Of a stretch of 64,000 nt of DNA, positions 11,401 through 23,399 are shown piece after piece; within the stretch, counting starts at the first letter, position 1; each line of letters begins with the position of its first letter. This DNA is from Octopus sinensis. Taxonomy: Eukaryota. The position numbers were made by a program, and so were the translations under genes. The notes under the pieces were generated by a model. That model had not been told where the DNA came from and made no database searches. It was given only the letters and a program-made list of their open reading frames with translations. The DNA lies in the NCBI RefSeq assembly GCF_006345805.1, contig NC_043001.1, positions 63,488,001-63,552,000 on the forward strand. The letters are read 5' to 3'.

Positions 11401-13061
11401 AGATTTATAATGTCTGGCTTATGATCATTTGATGGAATGCAGTCCATTTATTGTGTATGTAGGCTATGTTATGTTTGTGATGGTTGTGGAGGTTATGGTG
11501 GTAGTGGCGGGGATGATGTTATTACTGCCTGTATGTGTGTAGGTGAGTTTATGTATGGTGTGTTGTTCTTACTGTTCGTTTCCTCCTCAATTTTCTTTTT
11601 TTTTTTTGGTTATTGTTTGTGCTTTTCCGTCTTTTCCTTCTTTTCGTGTGACTGTTTGCCATGCCTGTCCCTCCTTATTTTCGTCGTTTTCGTTATCCGA
11701 ATAGGGGAGGGGTATTTCTTCCGCAGGTATTTGTTTTACTGTTGACGTTGTTAATGGTGTTGTTGCTGTTTCTGCTGCTGCTGCTGCTGCTGTCCTTGTT
11801 GTGGTGTCTGTTGTGGTTGTGGTGGTGTTAATGGTTGATGTGGCTCATTTCCCCCCTTTCCTTCTTTCCTTCGGGCAATAGATCCTGATGTGACCTGAAT
11901 CGCCACAGAGGTACTAACGCGGCCTTCCTTCCACGATCACCTGCAGATGCTGTCCTCCAGGGATTTCTATTATGTCGGGGGATTTTCTCTACAGCTTCTG
12001 GTTTTACTTGCAGTAGAATTTCCAACCCTATCCCAACCTAGTTCTCCTGTTCGGATTTTTGGATTTCTTGGAGGATCTTCCTGCACCACGACTTTCACTA
12101 CCCGCTAGAAATTGATTTCTGGTGGTATGTTACTTATTTTTATTCGGATCACTCTCTGTTCCAGATAGATGGGAATTTAAGTGAACGCCTCCGTTTTTAA
12201 TGGGACAGTTGAATATTTTTGTGCTAGTGATTCCGATTGGAATATGACCTTGTAGCCGAACTTTGAGACGTAGCAGACAAAGCTGACATGCCTCCATATA
12301 TTTTTCAGGCAGAGCTCGGCTTGGTCTGATGGTATTTTTTCCAGTCTTCTTCTTTTCATGGACAGACATCTGTACATGATTGCTTTTTTTTCGGGCACAT
12401 TTAATGTGGCCTTTCTTTCTTCACGTCTTATAACCCTCTTAGCTTCCTTTAAATGTTCTCCCTTATCCTTTAACGACATAATTTCAAACTTATTTGTAAC
12501 TTTTGCGAAGGAAACGTTATTTCTATTTGAATCTCTCTTTGTTCGAAATGTTACTGATTTGTGTGATGTCGTAGTGGTTGTGGTGGTGGTGATATGTTCC
12601 TTGCACAATTGCCTGCTGCTAGTTATATTTCGTGCTTCCTTGATAGAATTCTCATCACTCCTGACATTTCCACTGTGGTTGTTGTTTTTTTTTTGTTGTC
12701 ATTGCTGTTGCTACTCCTCCTGCAACTACCACTATCATTTACATCTAGAGCGGGTGAGGCAAGTGACAGCGGAAGACAATTTCGCGTTCTACATCTCCTA
12801 CCACTTCCCTCTCTTGTTGACTCGTTGACAAAAACGACGACACAATATTAAATTTTGCAAATTTTGAAAGGAAGATTAATTTTCTTTTCGAGTGATTTTT
12901 GCCCCGCAGGTAAAAAAAGTAACACTGTTAATCAGACTAATATGGTCTAGATTAACTTAGTCTCAAGTTATAACAATAAAATGTAACAATAACAATCTTT
13001 CTTAGAGGTAAACAAGGCACACACTTACGGAGCTCCGAAATACACGTCCAGCTCTGGCGAC
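8500..13061 (-). mobile_element. Degenerate near-full-length Tx1/L1-like element with internal deletion in ORF2 (element C)
   Basis: ORF1 remnants at about 11150-12610 with a knuckle (YLCGDSGHIRIYC, near 11920). Endonuclease at about 10200-11070 (NVHGL, AMYAP, SYLDRVF, TDHKFV, PGYWKLN). RT at about 8520-10000 (RQGCPLSP, AYADDVTV). The 5' end abuts (AAT)n at 13062. Confidence 0.85.

Positions 13062-13141
<80 letters not shown>
13062..13141 (+). repeat. (AAT)n microsatellite
   Basis: Read directly. Confidence 0.98.
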
Positions 13142-13143
<2 letters not shown>

Positions 13144-13697
13144 GCCCTGATGCAGTACCAGGCAGTGGCTCTCATGGCTTCTGATCTTAACTGATTGGAA
13201 GTGTTATCATGTACATTGTTTTGTCTTGGTATAAAAGATGGGCTACAGCAAATATTCTGCTCAATACCACAGATTTGCTTGTCAGTTGTTTGACCTTAAC
13301 CAGTTGAGCATGTCCCTTAGTGGCTGACGATATGTGCATCTCTGATCACGAGCAGAAGTAGTGGGGGAGCATCATAGCCATGTGTTGAGAGGGATTCTTT
13401 GGGGTTTGAATAATTCACCTCTGGAAACACGGGTGGTTCTTTCAACATCCTTAAACAACCCTTATTCAGGGACCTTTTGAGCGGGATGGGCTACTCAACC
13501 TGAAGAAAATTCTAACTGAGCCCCACCTGCAAGGTCATGTGCTGTTTATCTTGATATGAGATCACCATGTCGCGCACATATGGTTGTGATGCATGTGCCT
13601 GGTGTACCTTTATCAGACGGGTAGTCATGATGGGTATATTGGGCTTCGTATATTTTACCCCAGTGTCACTTTGATGGCATGCACTGCTCTCTCACTC

Positions 13698-13699
<2 letters not shown>
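13142..13699 (+). repeat. ~560 bp non-coding interspersed repeat flanked by (AAT)n
   Basis: A second similar copy lies at about 20540-20985. No convincing ORF and no tRNA A/B boxes recognised. Confidence 0.75.
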
Positions 13700-13744
<45 letters not shown>

Positions 13745-13747
<3 letters not shown>

Positions 13748-14540
13748 GGATAATAAAGCATCGTGGGCATGGCTTGATCGAGGTGATTTGAAGCGTACCA
13801 CCGAAAGCTTGACCGTTGCTGCACAAGACCAGGTTCTTGCTACCAAGTCAGTGAAGTATAACATCTATAAAACTTCTGACACCCAGAAATGCAGACTCTG
13901 CGGAAAGAGTGTGGAAAATGTGACCCCCTTGGTAAGTGGACGCGAGAGCCTTGCACAAAAACAATAAAAGCACCTCCACAATAAAGTGTGCGTGTATCTT
14001 ATGCCGTAAATACCAATATGAAGTAACAGAAAACTGGTATGAGCATTACTAAGTAAAGTTATGCAGGAGGATAGAAAAGTAACGATACTCTGGGACTATG
14101 GTTTTTAGACGGATCGTGTAATCGAACACCGTCAGCAGGATATTGTCATATTGACTAAAAGAGACAAATACTGTCAGATCATTGATATAGTCATACCAAA
14201 TGACATGAATGTTGTGAGTAAAGAGGTTGAGAAAATCACCAAATACTCCAAATTGAAAGTGGAAATGGCAAGACTATGGAATGCGAGAAGGTAATGTAAA
14301 AGTGATATCAGTGGTGATCGGAGCGTTGGGCTCAATCCCATTGAAACTTTAAGACTGCTTAAGGCAACTGGAAATCCCACGCAAGATTGGTGTCTTGCAA
14401 AAAACAGCTCATACCCTCAACTAGCCCCCCTATAGAAAACATCTTAAGGAAAGTATTGTCTCTCTGAGGTGCTTGTTGTAACTTGACAGATGACTCCGGT
14501 GCATTTTTACCTACACTGTGTTACGAAGGAATAATAATAA
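13745..14540 (+). mobile_element. R4/Dong-like RLE retrotransposon 3' fragment (CCHC plus restriction-like endonuclease, degenerate)
   Basis: ESLTVAAQDQ, CRLCGKSVENVT, IIDIVIPND, KITKY and HILRKVLSL*. Starts at an (AAT)n tract and ends in a short TAA tail. Confidence 0.85.
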
Positions 14541-14559
14541 CAATGTACTCTCCCGTTGA

Positions 14560-14817
14560 AGACGAGGAGTGAGTGTTCAGCTTTTGCCGAATGTTCTGCA
14601 CAAATTAGTTTATAGTGATTGAATGTATATATCGTACATTAGCTCACTCTCTCCATCAAATGGACGTTGTCTGAACAGGTACACTGTATACCATGCTTCA
14701 AGTGTGGACGTGATCGCAGAGCAACGTGAGATGAAGTGTTTTACTCAAGAACACAACGCACCACCCGGTCTAGGAGTTGAAACCACGATCCCACAATCAT
14801 GAGTACAACACCCTAAC
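14560..14817 (-). mobile_element. tRNA-derived SINE
   Basis: Minus-strand head with B-box-like GGTTTCAACTCC. The body resembles the repeat at 45130-45330. Confidence 0.65.
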
Positions 14818-14907
<90 letters not shown>

Positions 14908-14957
14908 TATAATAATAATAATAATATAATAATAATAATAATAATTATAATAATAAT
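14818..14957 (+). repeat. Imperfect (AAT)n microsatellite
   Basis: Read directly. Confidence 0.95.
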
Positions 14958-16620
14958 TTCTTTATTGGCTACAAAGGCTCAAGACATGGAGGACAATATC
15001 GAAAGACGAGTTACAGCACACAAAAAAAACTGAACAAAACAAAAAATACAAAAACAAAGCAGGTGAGGTTTACATCGATCAAAGGGAGTTACTACAACAT
15101 TGAGGGGTATAACAGAAGATATATAATAGAAAGTAGAGAAATAAATAATAAATAAATAGAATCCCCAATAACGGGGCAGTCCACTTAGGGTAATCCGGGG
15201 TAAACCCTACACAAAGTCCCGGATTACTCTGCCATCTCCAAGGCATGGGAAATTACTCTCTTCCAGTTTCTTTTCTCTTGCTTAGAAAAGCATACTTAGA
15301 GTCGGTCCATTCGGTCTCACCAGTTTTGTCACTGTCGACCATCTTTTGATAAACACACTAGAAGGTGGCACCTTCCTCTCTATCTTCACCTTCCTCTTTA
15401 AATGATATTTGAAGAAATTGACTAGGGCTTGGCCAGAAAGGAAAGTACCTGACTTCAACCCTTTCAGACGAGTCTACCACACAGCCTCATTTACCACAGC
15501 CACTAAGCAGAGAAAGATCTGCCTTCCTTCTCTGCTAAGAAAAGGTGGTGCGTCGATCTTCACTATACACTCGACAAATAAATTCGTCTTACACGCGACA
15601 ACAGCTGCTCCACATAATCCACAACTCTCTAATGCACGGACACTGAATTATTGCATGCAGGACGGTTTCTTCCCCGCGTAAGCATCTCGGGTAGGTTCAG
15701 CTGTTGGCACTTCCATGCTTGAAGAACTTGTCTCGAACGAGCAATGTCCCTCTGTAGCACTGTCATGCCGAAGACTTTTGGAAATTGTCTGTGATCTTCG
15801 ACCAGAGGGTCCTCCGGAAGAGACTACTTAGACAGTTCTCGTTGATGGCTAGATTCAATCCTAGACCATCATCGCTCATACCCTCAACTAGCCCCCCTAT
15901 AGAAAACATTTTCCCGCTAACGGTTTTGTGCAGCTGGTACACTGCAGTGAGCATCTGGCAACATTTTAGATACTAAACGCCCAACCTTGGTTTACGTTCG
16001 ACCTATGACTGCAGCTCTGTCAATGAGATGAGTTGCGGAAAAACGTGTTGCACGAAGGATGCCCACACTAGTTTACCCTTATTTTCGTCGTCGTCGTTCA
16101 CCCCATTGCAGTGACTTAGATATTTCTGTCGGTGCGACAGCCTCAAAGCATGGCGCTACACATCAAGGATGGCATCCCAAGACCACCATGCAGCAAGTGT
16201 TGACAGCAGATGGATTTTCTGACCAGCGGAACCTGACCCTTCCATAAGAATCGGAAAAGCAAGCGCTCCAACCTGATCAAAGCTTTCTTAGGACAAGATA
16301 CTACGGCTAGGCAGTAGTACACTATCGATGCAATATATGCACTCGCTACTTCCGCCCGACCTTTCAGAGACAGCTTCATTTCTGCCCATTTCTGGGTGAG
16401 CTTGGCCACTCTAGTCATGACTTTTTCCAAATTCCTATCTACTTGGAGATCTGGTTCGAACCAGATTCAGAGCACTTTCACAGGACCCTCTGTCCAGCGA
16501 CAGAAGTCGCTGCTAGTCGACTTACCTCTCCAAGAGACTGCTCAAACTGTTCTTGTCAATGCCTAGATTCAATCCTTGGCCATCATCGCTCATACCCTCA
16601 ACTAACTCTCTATAAAAAAA
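14958..16620 (-). mobile_element. 5'-truncated Tx1/L1-like element (RT C-terminal half, zinc motif, 3' UTR) plus a short related fragment at about 16520-16620
   Basis: ORF 16143-16430 (SLKGRAEVA, GGLGMP) and C-terminus YLKRKVKIER. The 3' end GTAGCCAATAAAGAAA runs into (TTA)n. Confidence 0.85.
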
Positions 16621-16634
16621 TTGGGTTCTTTTCT

Positions 16635-16990
16635 CGTTAAGCAAATATAAAGATCTTGAAATAGAAATTGGCAAAATGTGGAACTTCAAGACTAGAATAA
16701 TACCTGTTGTCATAGGCGCCCTAGCAATAATAGCAAAAGGGGTTGTTTCAAATACAAGGAAATCCCAAAATGGAAGAAATTAAAAGTATAGTGCTCACAA
16801 GAACTGCTCATATCCTACGAAAAATATTGTCTATGTGATTCCAAAACATTATCAAAAGTACTCTTAAATGTAGCAAGCACTTTTGACTATCGCGGATCTC
16901 CAGTAGAAACATCACTTAGGATAGTCTTCTCAGCAGTTGGGAGTGGTATGTACTTGAATTGACAAATAGAAAATTTGTCAGATGTAGTAT
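16635..16990 (+). mobile_element. R4/Dong-like 3' fragment (end of RLE plus 3' UTR)
   Basis: SKYKDLEIEIGKMWNFKTRIIPVVIGAL...TAHILRKILSM*. Confidence 0.7.
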
Positions 16991-16999
16991 CCAATGAGA

Positions 17000-17700
17000 T
17001 CAAAGCAGGCTGGTCAGCAGCAAAGCGGACAAATCTATCTCTGAAGTGGAAGATAGGGAACAAATAGGAAGTCTGGATAAAGCATCTGCGATTGAGTTAT
17101 TTATTCCGGCTACATGTGAAATATCACAAGTAAACTGCGATATGAAATCCAACTGTCGACTTTCTCGAGGCGAATGTTTGTTGGTCTTCGATAGCAAAGC
17201 GAACGTGAGTGGCCTGTGGTCAGTGAATATGGTGAATTCAGGACCCTCTAAAAAGTGAGAAAAGAGGTACATAGCTAGAAGTTCTCTACTAAAGGTGCTG
17301 TAAAGAGTTTCAGCAGTTTTAAGTTGGCGAGATAAGATTGTCAAAGGTTGCGTCTCGATGTAATAGGATTATTGTGGAACGACACGTGCAGCAGAATCGG
17401 ATGCATCGACTGAGAGTGACAGCTTAGCATTCTGTATTGGTTAGGCTAACAAAGAAACCTGTCCTAACTCATCTTTCATTGTTTCAAAAGCCTGTAGCTG
17501 TGATGGTGAAAGGGAAATAATTTCGTCTTTTTCTCTTGCAACAGTTGCGTTAGAGGAGCCAATTTCCCAGCACAATGTGGAATGAAACGCCGGTAGAAGT
17601 TTATCATTCCTAAAACTTGGCGAAGAGAAGTGTGACATCCGAAAGAAGAGGCTTGTCTGTAAGGAACTTTACCAGCCAAATTATGCAAGGTGCGCCAGTG
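17000..17700 (-). mobile_element. Ty3/Gypsy LTR retrotransposon pol fragment (RT connection and RNase H), degenerate
   Basis: LRQVLGMINFYRRFIPHCAGKLAPLTQLL and YSTFSRELLAMY...FTIFTDHRPL...HVAGINNSIADALSR are Gypsy-type motifs. Confidence 0.85.
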
Positions 17701-17959
17701 TCTACTATGAAGAACTTTCGAGAATTAAAGTCCTCCACAAAAAGTGCACGATTTTGAGCCTGGGAAGAGGAAGCTACTGCCGTGCTCAAGACTTCCTTTT
17801 TTGGTAAGTTCTAATATCACATGCAACGTCGCTACTCCGTCTGACAGAGGCAAACTCGAAGCGACGACTTTATGTTCAACAGGTGCACTGTCTGAAAACT
17901 TCATTTTTTTTTATCCGCACTTGTTACCAGCTGGTCAACGTAACTGGTCTCTAACATCG

Positions 17960-19995
17960 ATTGAACGTTCCTTGGGAGACAAACAGAAGAAGAGTTGTTT
18001 GACCAAAGAACTGTCCACTGGTGAAGCAACTGTTAAATCACGTGATAATGTGGAAACTATTGTCAGGTCCTTTGCCAGTGAACAGTATAGATACATGGAA
18101 AAAAGTAGGCTGCTACCCACTGAACAGAAAGGGTGCCGAAAAAGGAACTGGGGAACGAAGGATCAGTTCTTAATTGATAATCTAATTATCAGAAACTGCA
18201 AGAGAAGGCATGCAAACCTGAGTATAGCATGGGTTGACTGTTGCAAAGCATACGATATGATACCACACTCCTGGATAATAAGAACAATGGAAATGTATGG
18301 AGTAGCTGAAAATATGAGAAACCTTATATGGAATAGCATGAAATGCTGGAGAACGGAAATGACAAGAAAGAAGCAAATATTAAGGGGAATCTTCCAGGGG
18401 GACAGTGTGTCCCCACTGATATTCGTGCTGGGAATGATCCCCTTTAGTGAAATACTACAGAAAACAAAGTTGGGGTATGATCCGGGAAGAAGTAAGGGAA
18501 AACTGAACCACTTGTTATTCATGGACATCCTGGAACTATTCACAAAAACTGAGGCAGAACTGGACAGCCTAGTCCAGTCTGTGAGGATTTTCTCCATGAT
18601 ATTAAGATGGACTCTCAAAATGTGCTACGATGGTGATGAGATGAGGGAAGCATGCCAGAACAGAAATCATATGGTTGTCAAGTGGTGAAATTATGAGGGC
18701 AATTTAATCCCAATTCAGTTATAAATACCAGGGAATACTTGAGGCAGATAGAATCAAACACCGCAACTTGAAAGAAAAGACAGAAAGAGAGCACCTGAAG
18801 CGAGTGAGAAAAACATTGGCTTCAAAGTTGAATGCCGGAATAAACTCAGCAATAAACTCGCGCGCAGTTGCAGTAGTTCGGTATAACTCTGGAATCCTGT
18901 GGTGGACAGGGGAGGAGCTAAAGGAAATGGACAAGAAGTCAAGGAAGCTCCTAACGATACATGGAGCCTATCATCCACGTGCAGACACTGATCGCCTATA
19001 CTTGAAAAGAGAAAATGGAGGAAGGGGACTGATAAATGTGGAAGAATGCGTGCGTATCGAATTCGAGAGCTTAATGAGATACTTAGCCCAAAGTAAGAAA
19101 ACATTGCTAGTGACAGTTAGGAACTTGGGAGTACTGAGAGCAGAGAAAAAGGGAAAGCAAAGGAAGAAGTAGAAAAAAACATGAAGAAAAATTACGCAAC
19201 AAGGGACTACACAATTAATACCATGTGGCCATAACAAAAGTTGCAAGAAAAAATAGGTGGGATTGACTGAAGAAAGGAACCCTAAAAAGAGACCAAGAGC
19301 ACTATACTAGCAGTGCAAGACCAAGCTTTTTCCACTAACTGGAGGGTCAACCTTAAGAATAAGCAAGTTTCTCCTCTGTACTGCATCTGCAATAGAGTAG
19401 ACGAAACCATTGCCCATATCATGAATGAATGCCCTAGACTTGCCCAAAACCACTACAAGTTATGGCGACACGACTAGCTAGCGAAAGTGCCATATTGGAA
19501 ACAGTGCGAAAAGTAGGGGCTAGAGAGAGGCAAGACGTGGTATGAGCACAAACTGCAGAGTGGCAGAGTCGGAGACAAGCAAAATCCTCTGGGATTTCCC
19601 AATCCAAACAGATCAGGTGCGTAACAGACCAGACCTAGTGGTGGTGGACAAGGCGCATTACATAAGCTATATATATAGTTGATGTTGCATGTCCCTTAGA
19701 ATAGTCAAGAAGTAAGGTGAAAAGATGGATAAACACAACCCTCTTAAGTACGAAATCGCCTGACTATGGCAAGTGAAGAAGGTGAAGATAGTGCCGATCA
19801 TTGTTGCCTCATTGGGAATAGTATCAGAACGTATCAAGTGGAATATAAAGGAAATTGGAATGCCCAGTAGAACTGTTACAAATAGTTTGCCGCCTTGGCA
19901 CGGCCAGAATAATCAGGTAAGTATTAGACAGTTGAAAAGAAAGGATAGTATGGTACCGTAGGCTGCAGGCAGTATACCTGCTACGCATGCAAGAC
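17960..19995 (+). mobile_element. 5'-truncated, degenerate R4/Dong-like element (RT, CCHC, RLE)
   Basis: EQKGCRK, AWVDCCKAYDMIPH, GIFQGDSVSPLIF and LLFMD (ORF 17744-18688). ORF 18768-19172 has RLYLKRENGGRGL. CICNRVDETIAH and RPDLVVVD lie downstream. Confidence 0.85.
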
Positions 19996-20029
19996 CCCAG
20001 GAGCTCCAACGAAACCTATGATAAAGAGA

Positions 20030-20540
20030 AATAATAGCTAACACCGACGGAACGATCCAGATTAATCGACCAGACATAATTATAAAAGACAGGGAAGAAA
20101 ATACTTGTAGACTAATAGATGTAATTGTTCCCACTGATAAAAATATACCTGTAAAGGAATTTGACAAATTAAGGAAATATAAGGACCTGGAAACTGAAAT
20201 ACAAAAGATGTGGCTTTTTAAAGCAAGAATTGTTTCTGTTATTGTAGGTGCCCTAGGTAGGATTTAAAAAAAAGGGATGTCAGAAACATCTAGATAACAT
20301 CCCAAGAGAACTATGTCGCAGAGAAATCCAAAAGATTGTGTTGACAAGTACCCTATCAATTTAAATGTCTGTGTTGTATTACATGAATATATTTCGCTAC
20401 TGTCCCTGTCACTTCCCCTCCCAAGCTTTCAGTCTTACTGTAACACTTCTTATCCTTTACTCACACTAGGACGCTGGGTGTGTCTTGGCAAGTGATTGTA
20501 ACAAACATGCAGATTAAATAACAACAACAACAATAATAAT
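20030..20540 (+). mobile_element. R4/Dong-like 3' fragment (RLE plus 3' UTR, CAA/TAA tail)
   Basis: NRPDIIIKD...LIDVIVP...KLRKYKDLETEIQKMW. Confidence 0.75.
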
Positions 20541-20985
20541 GTCCTGATCTTAAATGATTGGAAGTGTTATCCTGTACATGTTTTGTCTTAGTATAAAAGA
20601 TGGGCTAAGCAAATATTCTGCTCAGTACCACAGATTTGCTTGTCAGTTGCTTGACCTTCTTTTTCCAGTTGAGCATGCCCCTTACTGACTGATGATATGT
20701 GCATCTCTGATCACGAGCAGAAGTAGTTGGGGAGCATCATAGCCATGTGTTGAGAGAAATTCTTTGGGGTTTGAATAATTCACCTCTGGAAAAATGGGTG
20801 TTTCGTTCACCATCCTTAAACATCCCTTATTCAGCATGGGCTACTCAACTAGAAGCACATTCAAACAAGACCCCCACCTGCAAGGTCATTCTCTGTTTAT
20901 CTTGATATGACATCATCATGTCGCGCACATATGGTTGTGATGCATGTTCGTGGTATACCCTTATGAAACGGGTTGTCATGGTAGT
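20540..20985 (+). repeat. Second, truncated copy of the ~560 bp interspersed repeat
   Basis: Aligns by eye with 13180-13620 and is preceded by AAT repeats. Confidence 0.75.
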
Positions 20986-20995
20986 GATGTCAGTA

Positions 20996-22067
20996 TGTGA
21001 CAACCTACAATTTTACAATTGCATGCGAAAACGACAAGAAAAATAAGAACTTGTAAAACGTTCATAATAAGTCATAACATATTGATATGAACGGAAGAAA
21101 AAAATGAAGGCGAACGAAAAAAACATTATCTCTTTTTTTTCCATTAGCTGGGATCGAAACGGTGTTCCAGTTGTTCAGGTCGGTGGTATTTCCTTTGTCC
21201 TGACAGGGAGCGCGGTTGTTTGTCGCCGTAGGCACTTGACCTCTGGCCCTCTGCGGTCACAGAGAGTTTAAAGAAGACAAAGTTTTGCAAAGGGAAATAC
21301 GCACTGTTACGTGCGGTATGCCTCTCTTTCTGACTGAGCGGCTTCATATATCCGGGTATCGCTAAGTTGCGAGGGGCTTTTGGAAGGAGAGACCGGAACT
21401 GAACGACTGGCAAGTGAGGTAGTGGGATGCTACGCTTGGGCCGAGACGTAAAAGGAAGAAAGTGTTACCGGTAAATGTGTTTTGTGTGTTTTAAAGGGAA
21501 CGAACTTTGGTGTTAAATGTTTTAGGAAGGTGAAAGAGAAAACTTTGTGTTGTTAAATGTTTTAGGAAAGAAGAAAATGTTTTAGGAAAGAAGAGAAGAC
21601 TTTGTGGTGTTGAATGTTCAAAAAAAAAGAGAAAAACGTGACGTTAACTGTTTGAAAAGAAAGGAAGAAAAAGGGTACTTTGTTGTCAAATGTGTTTATT
21701 TAAAAGAAAGGAAAGGAAAAAAAGAAGAACTGAGTTGTTGACTGCTTTTAAAAGAAAGGAAAAGAAAAAAGAAAAGAAAGAAGAAAAAAGACTATTAAAT
21801 GTTTTGAGAAACGAACTTTGTGTTTAAAAAAAAGAAAAAGAAAAAGAACTTTGTGTTGTTAAATGTGTTTTTGTTAAGGAACTAAGGAAAGAAAAACAAG
21901 AACTTTCCAAAGAATTGTTGTTGAAAAAAAAATTTGACTACGCAACTCTTGTGTGTTATTTTTTGTTGTTGTTGCTGTTGGCTCTACTGGCTGCGTTGCG
22001 CTGCTTCACCGCAGGCTGTTTGTGTGAGGACCCGTGGTGACATCGTAGGCCTGCGTGCGGCGTAACA
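20996..22067. other. Possible solo LTR or unclassified repeat with degenerate internal ~30 bp A/T-rich repeats
   Basis: Bounded by TGTGAC...GTAACA. Internal motif AACTTTGTGTTGTTAAATGTTTT recurs at about 21500-21900. No target-site duplication found. Confidence 0.3.
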
Positions 22068-22149
22068 ATATTTATTACTGGATGTAATGCGTTAACATAT
22101 AAGAATGGTTCGAAAGAAAAGGCTTGTAACATATTACAAAACATATAAT

Positions 22150-22645
22150 GAAATAAAACATAACAAGTAACTGCAGAATATGTGGAGATGGACAAGAAAC
22201 AATAAATCATATTGTCTCTGGCTGACAGTCCTGTCTAAGAAGGAATATATTTACAGACACAATAGAGTTGAGACCTACATACACTGGAAGCTATGCCAAC
22301 ACTATGGAATAACAACAGAAAAAAGATGGTATAGGAACACGTCAGAAAAGGTCACAGAAAATGAGAAAGTAACAATACTATGTGATATGCCAGGTAGAGA
22401 ATACTATGGGATATACACACGTAGAGAAATTAAGGCCAACACATAGCAAAAACACCAGGACTAACAAATATATATAACACAGTAAAGAGCACTACTAGGC
22501 ACTGCACACATCCTACGTAAAACACTTTCTATACAGTAACCATAAGAGCATCACAGCAAACCACAGCACATACCCAAGGCACACAGAGCTGCGCTCGGTA
22601 GTGCAGTGAAAGCACATTATAAAAATAAGACCACTGAACAATAAT
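22150..22645 (+). mobile_element. R4/Dong-like 3' fragment with (TAA)n tail
   Basis: CRICGDGQETINHIVSG, RHNRVETYIHWKLC and GTAHILRKTLS. Followed by TAG/TAA repeats. Confidence 0.8.
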
Positions 22646-22655
22646 AGTAGTAGTA

Positions 22656-22703
<48 letters not shown>

Positions 22704-23399
22704 TAATAATAATAATAATAATTATCTCTGGTCGAACACAACTTCTCTATTCACAAACAATACAGAACAGCCCTTCCTTAATTTTTCTTAAGCCTAATAG
22801 TAGTAAACATCTGAACTTTTTTTGACCGATAGGACCCCACCTAAAAAAAAAAAAAAAAAAAATATCACTGATGGTGATGGTGATGATGGTGATGATGATA
22901 ATAATGATAGTAATAGTGCTGATAATCTATCTATCTATCTACACACACACACACTCAAAGAGTTCAACAAACATAAAGAAAGTATTATTTGACAGGCAAG
23001 AACTCTGGTGTTGAAGACAGTCAGCCAGCCAACCACCAAGCCTGCCAACGAGACAGACAGACACTACTGTGATGGTGATAATGATAAAAAACAAAAATAA
23101 CAATAATAAGATACTGCTGTGACTACACATAAAACAATACCATTGATGATGATGGTGGTGATGGTGATGATGATAATGATGATGGTAATGGTGGTGATAA
23201 TGATGATAGTGATGGTAATGGTGATGATAATAACAATAATAAGCCGACTACGGCTGCTATAATGGTACGATTATAATTGTAACGGCAATGATGGCCGTCT
23301 CCCCACGAGCCAATCAAAGCTAAAAAATGATAACATTATCGTAGCACCAAAATGTTTTTGGAAACTAAAAGGAAAACTAAATCAGTATACCAAATCGCT

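Noticed and set aside
21480-21930. Repeat-spacer-like pattern resembling a CRISPR array
   Set aside because: Repeats are degenerate, the spacers are A-rich, low-complexity and irregular, the context is eukaryotic, and no cas genes are present.
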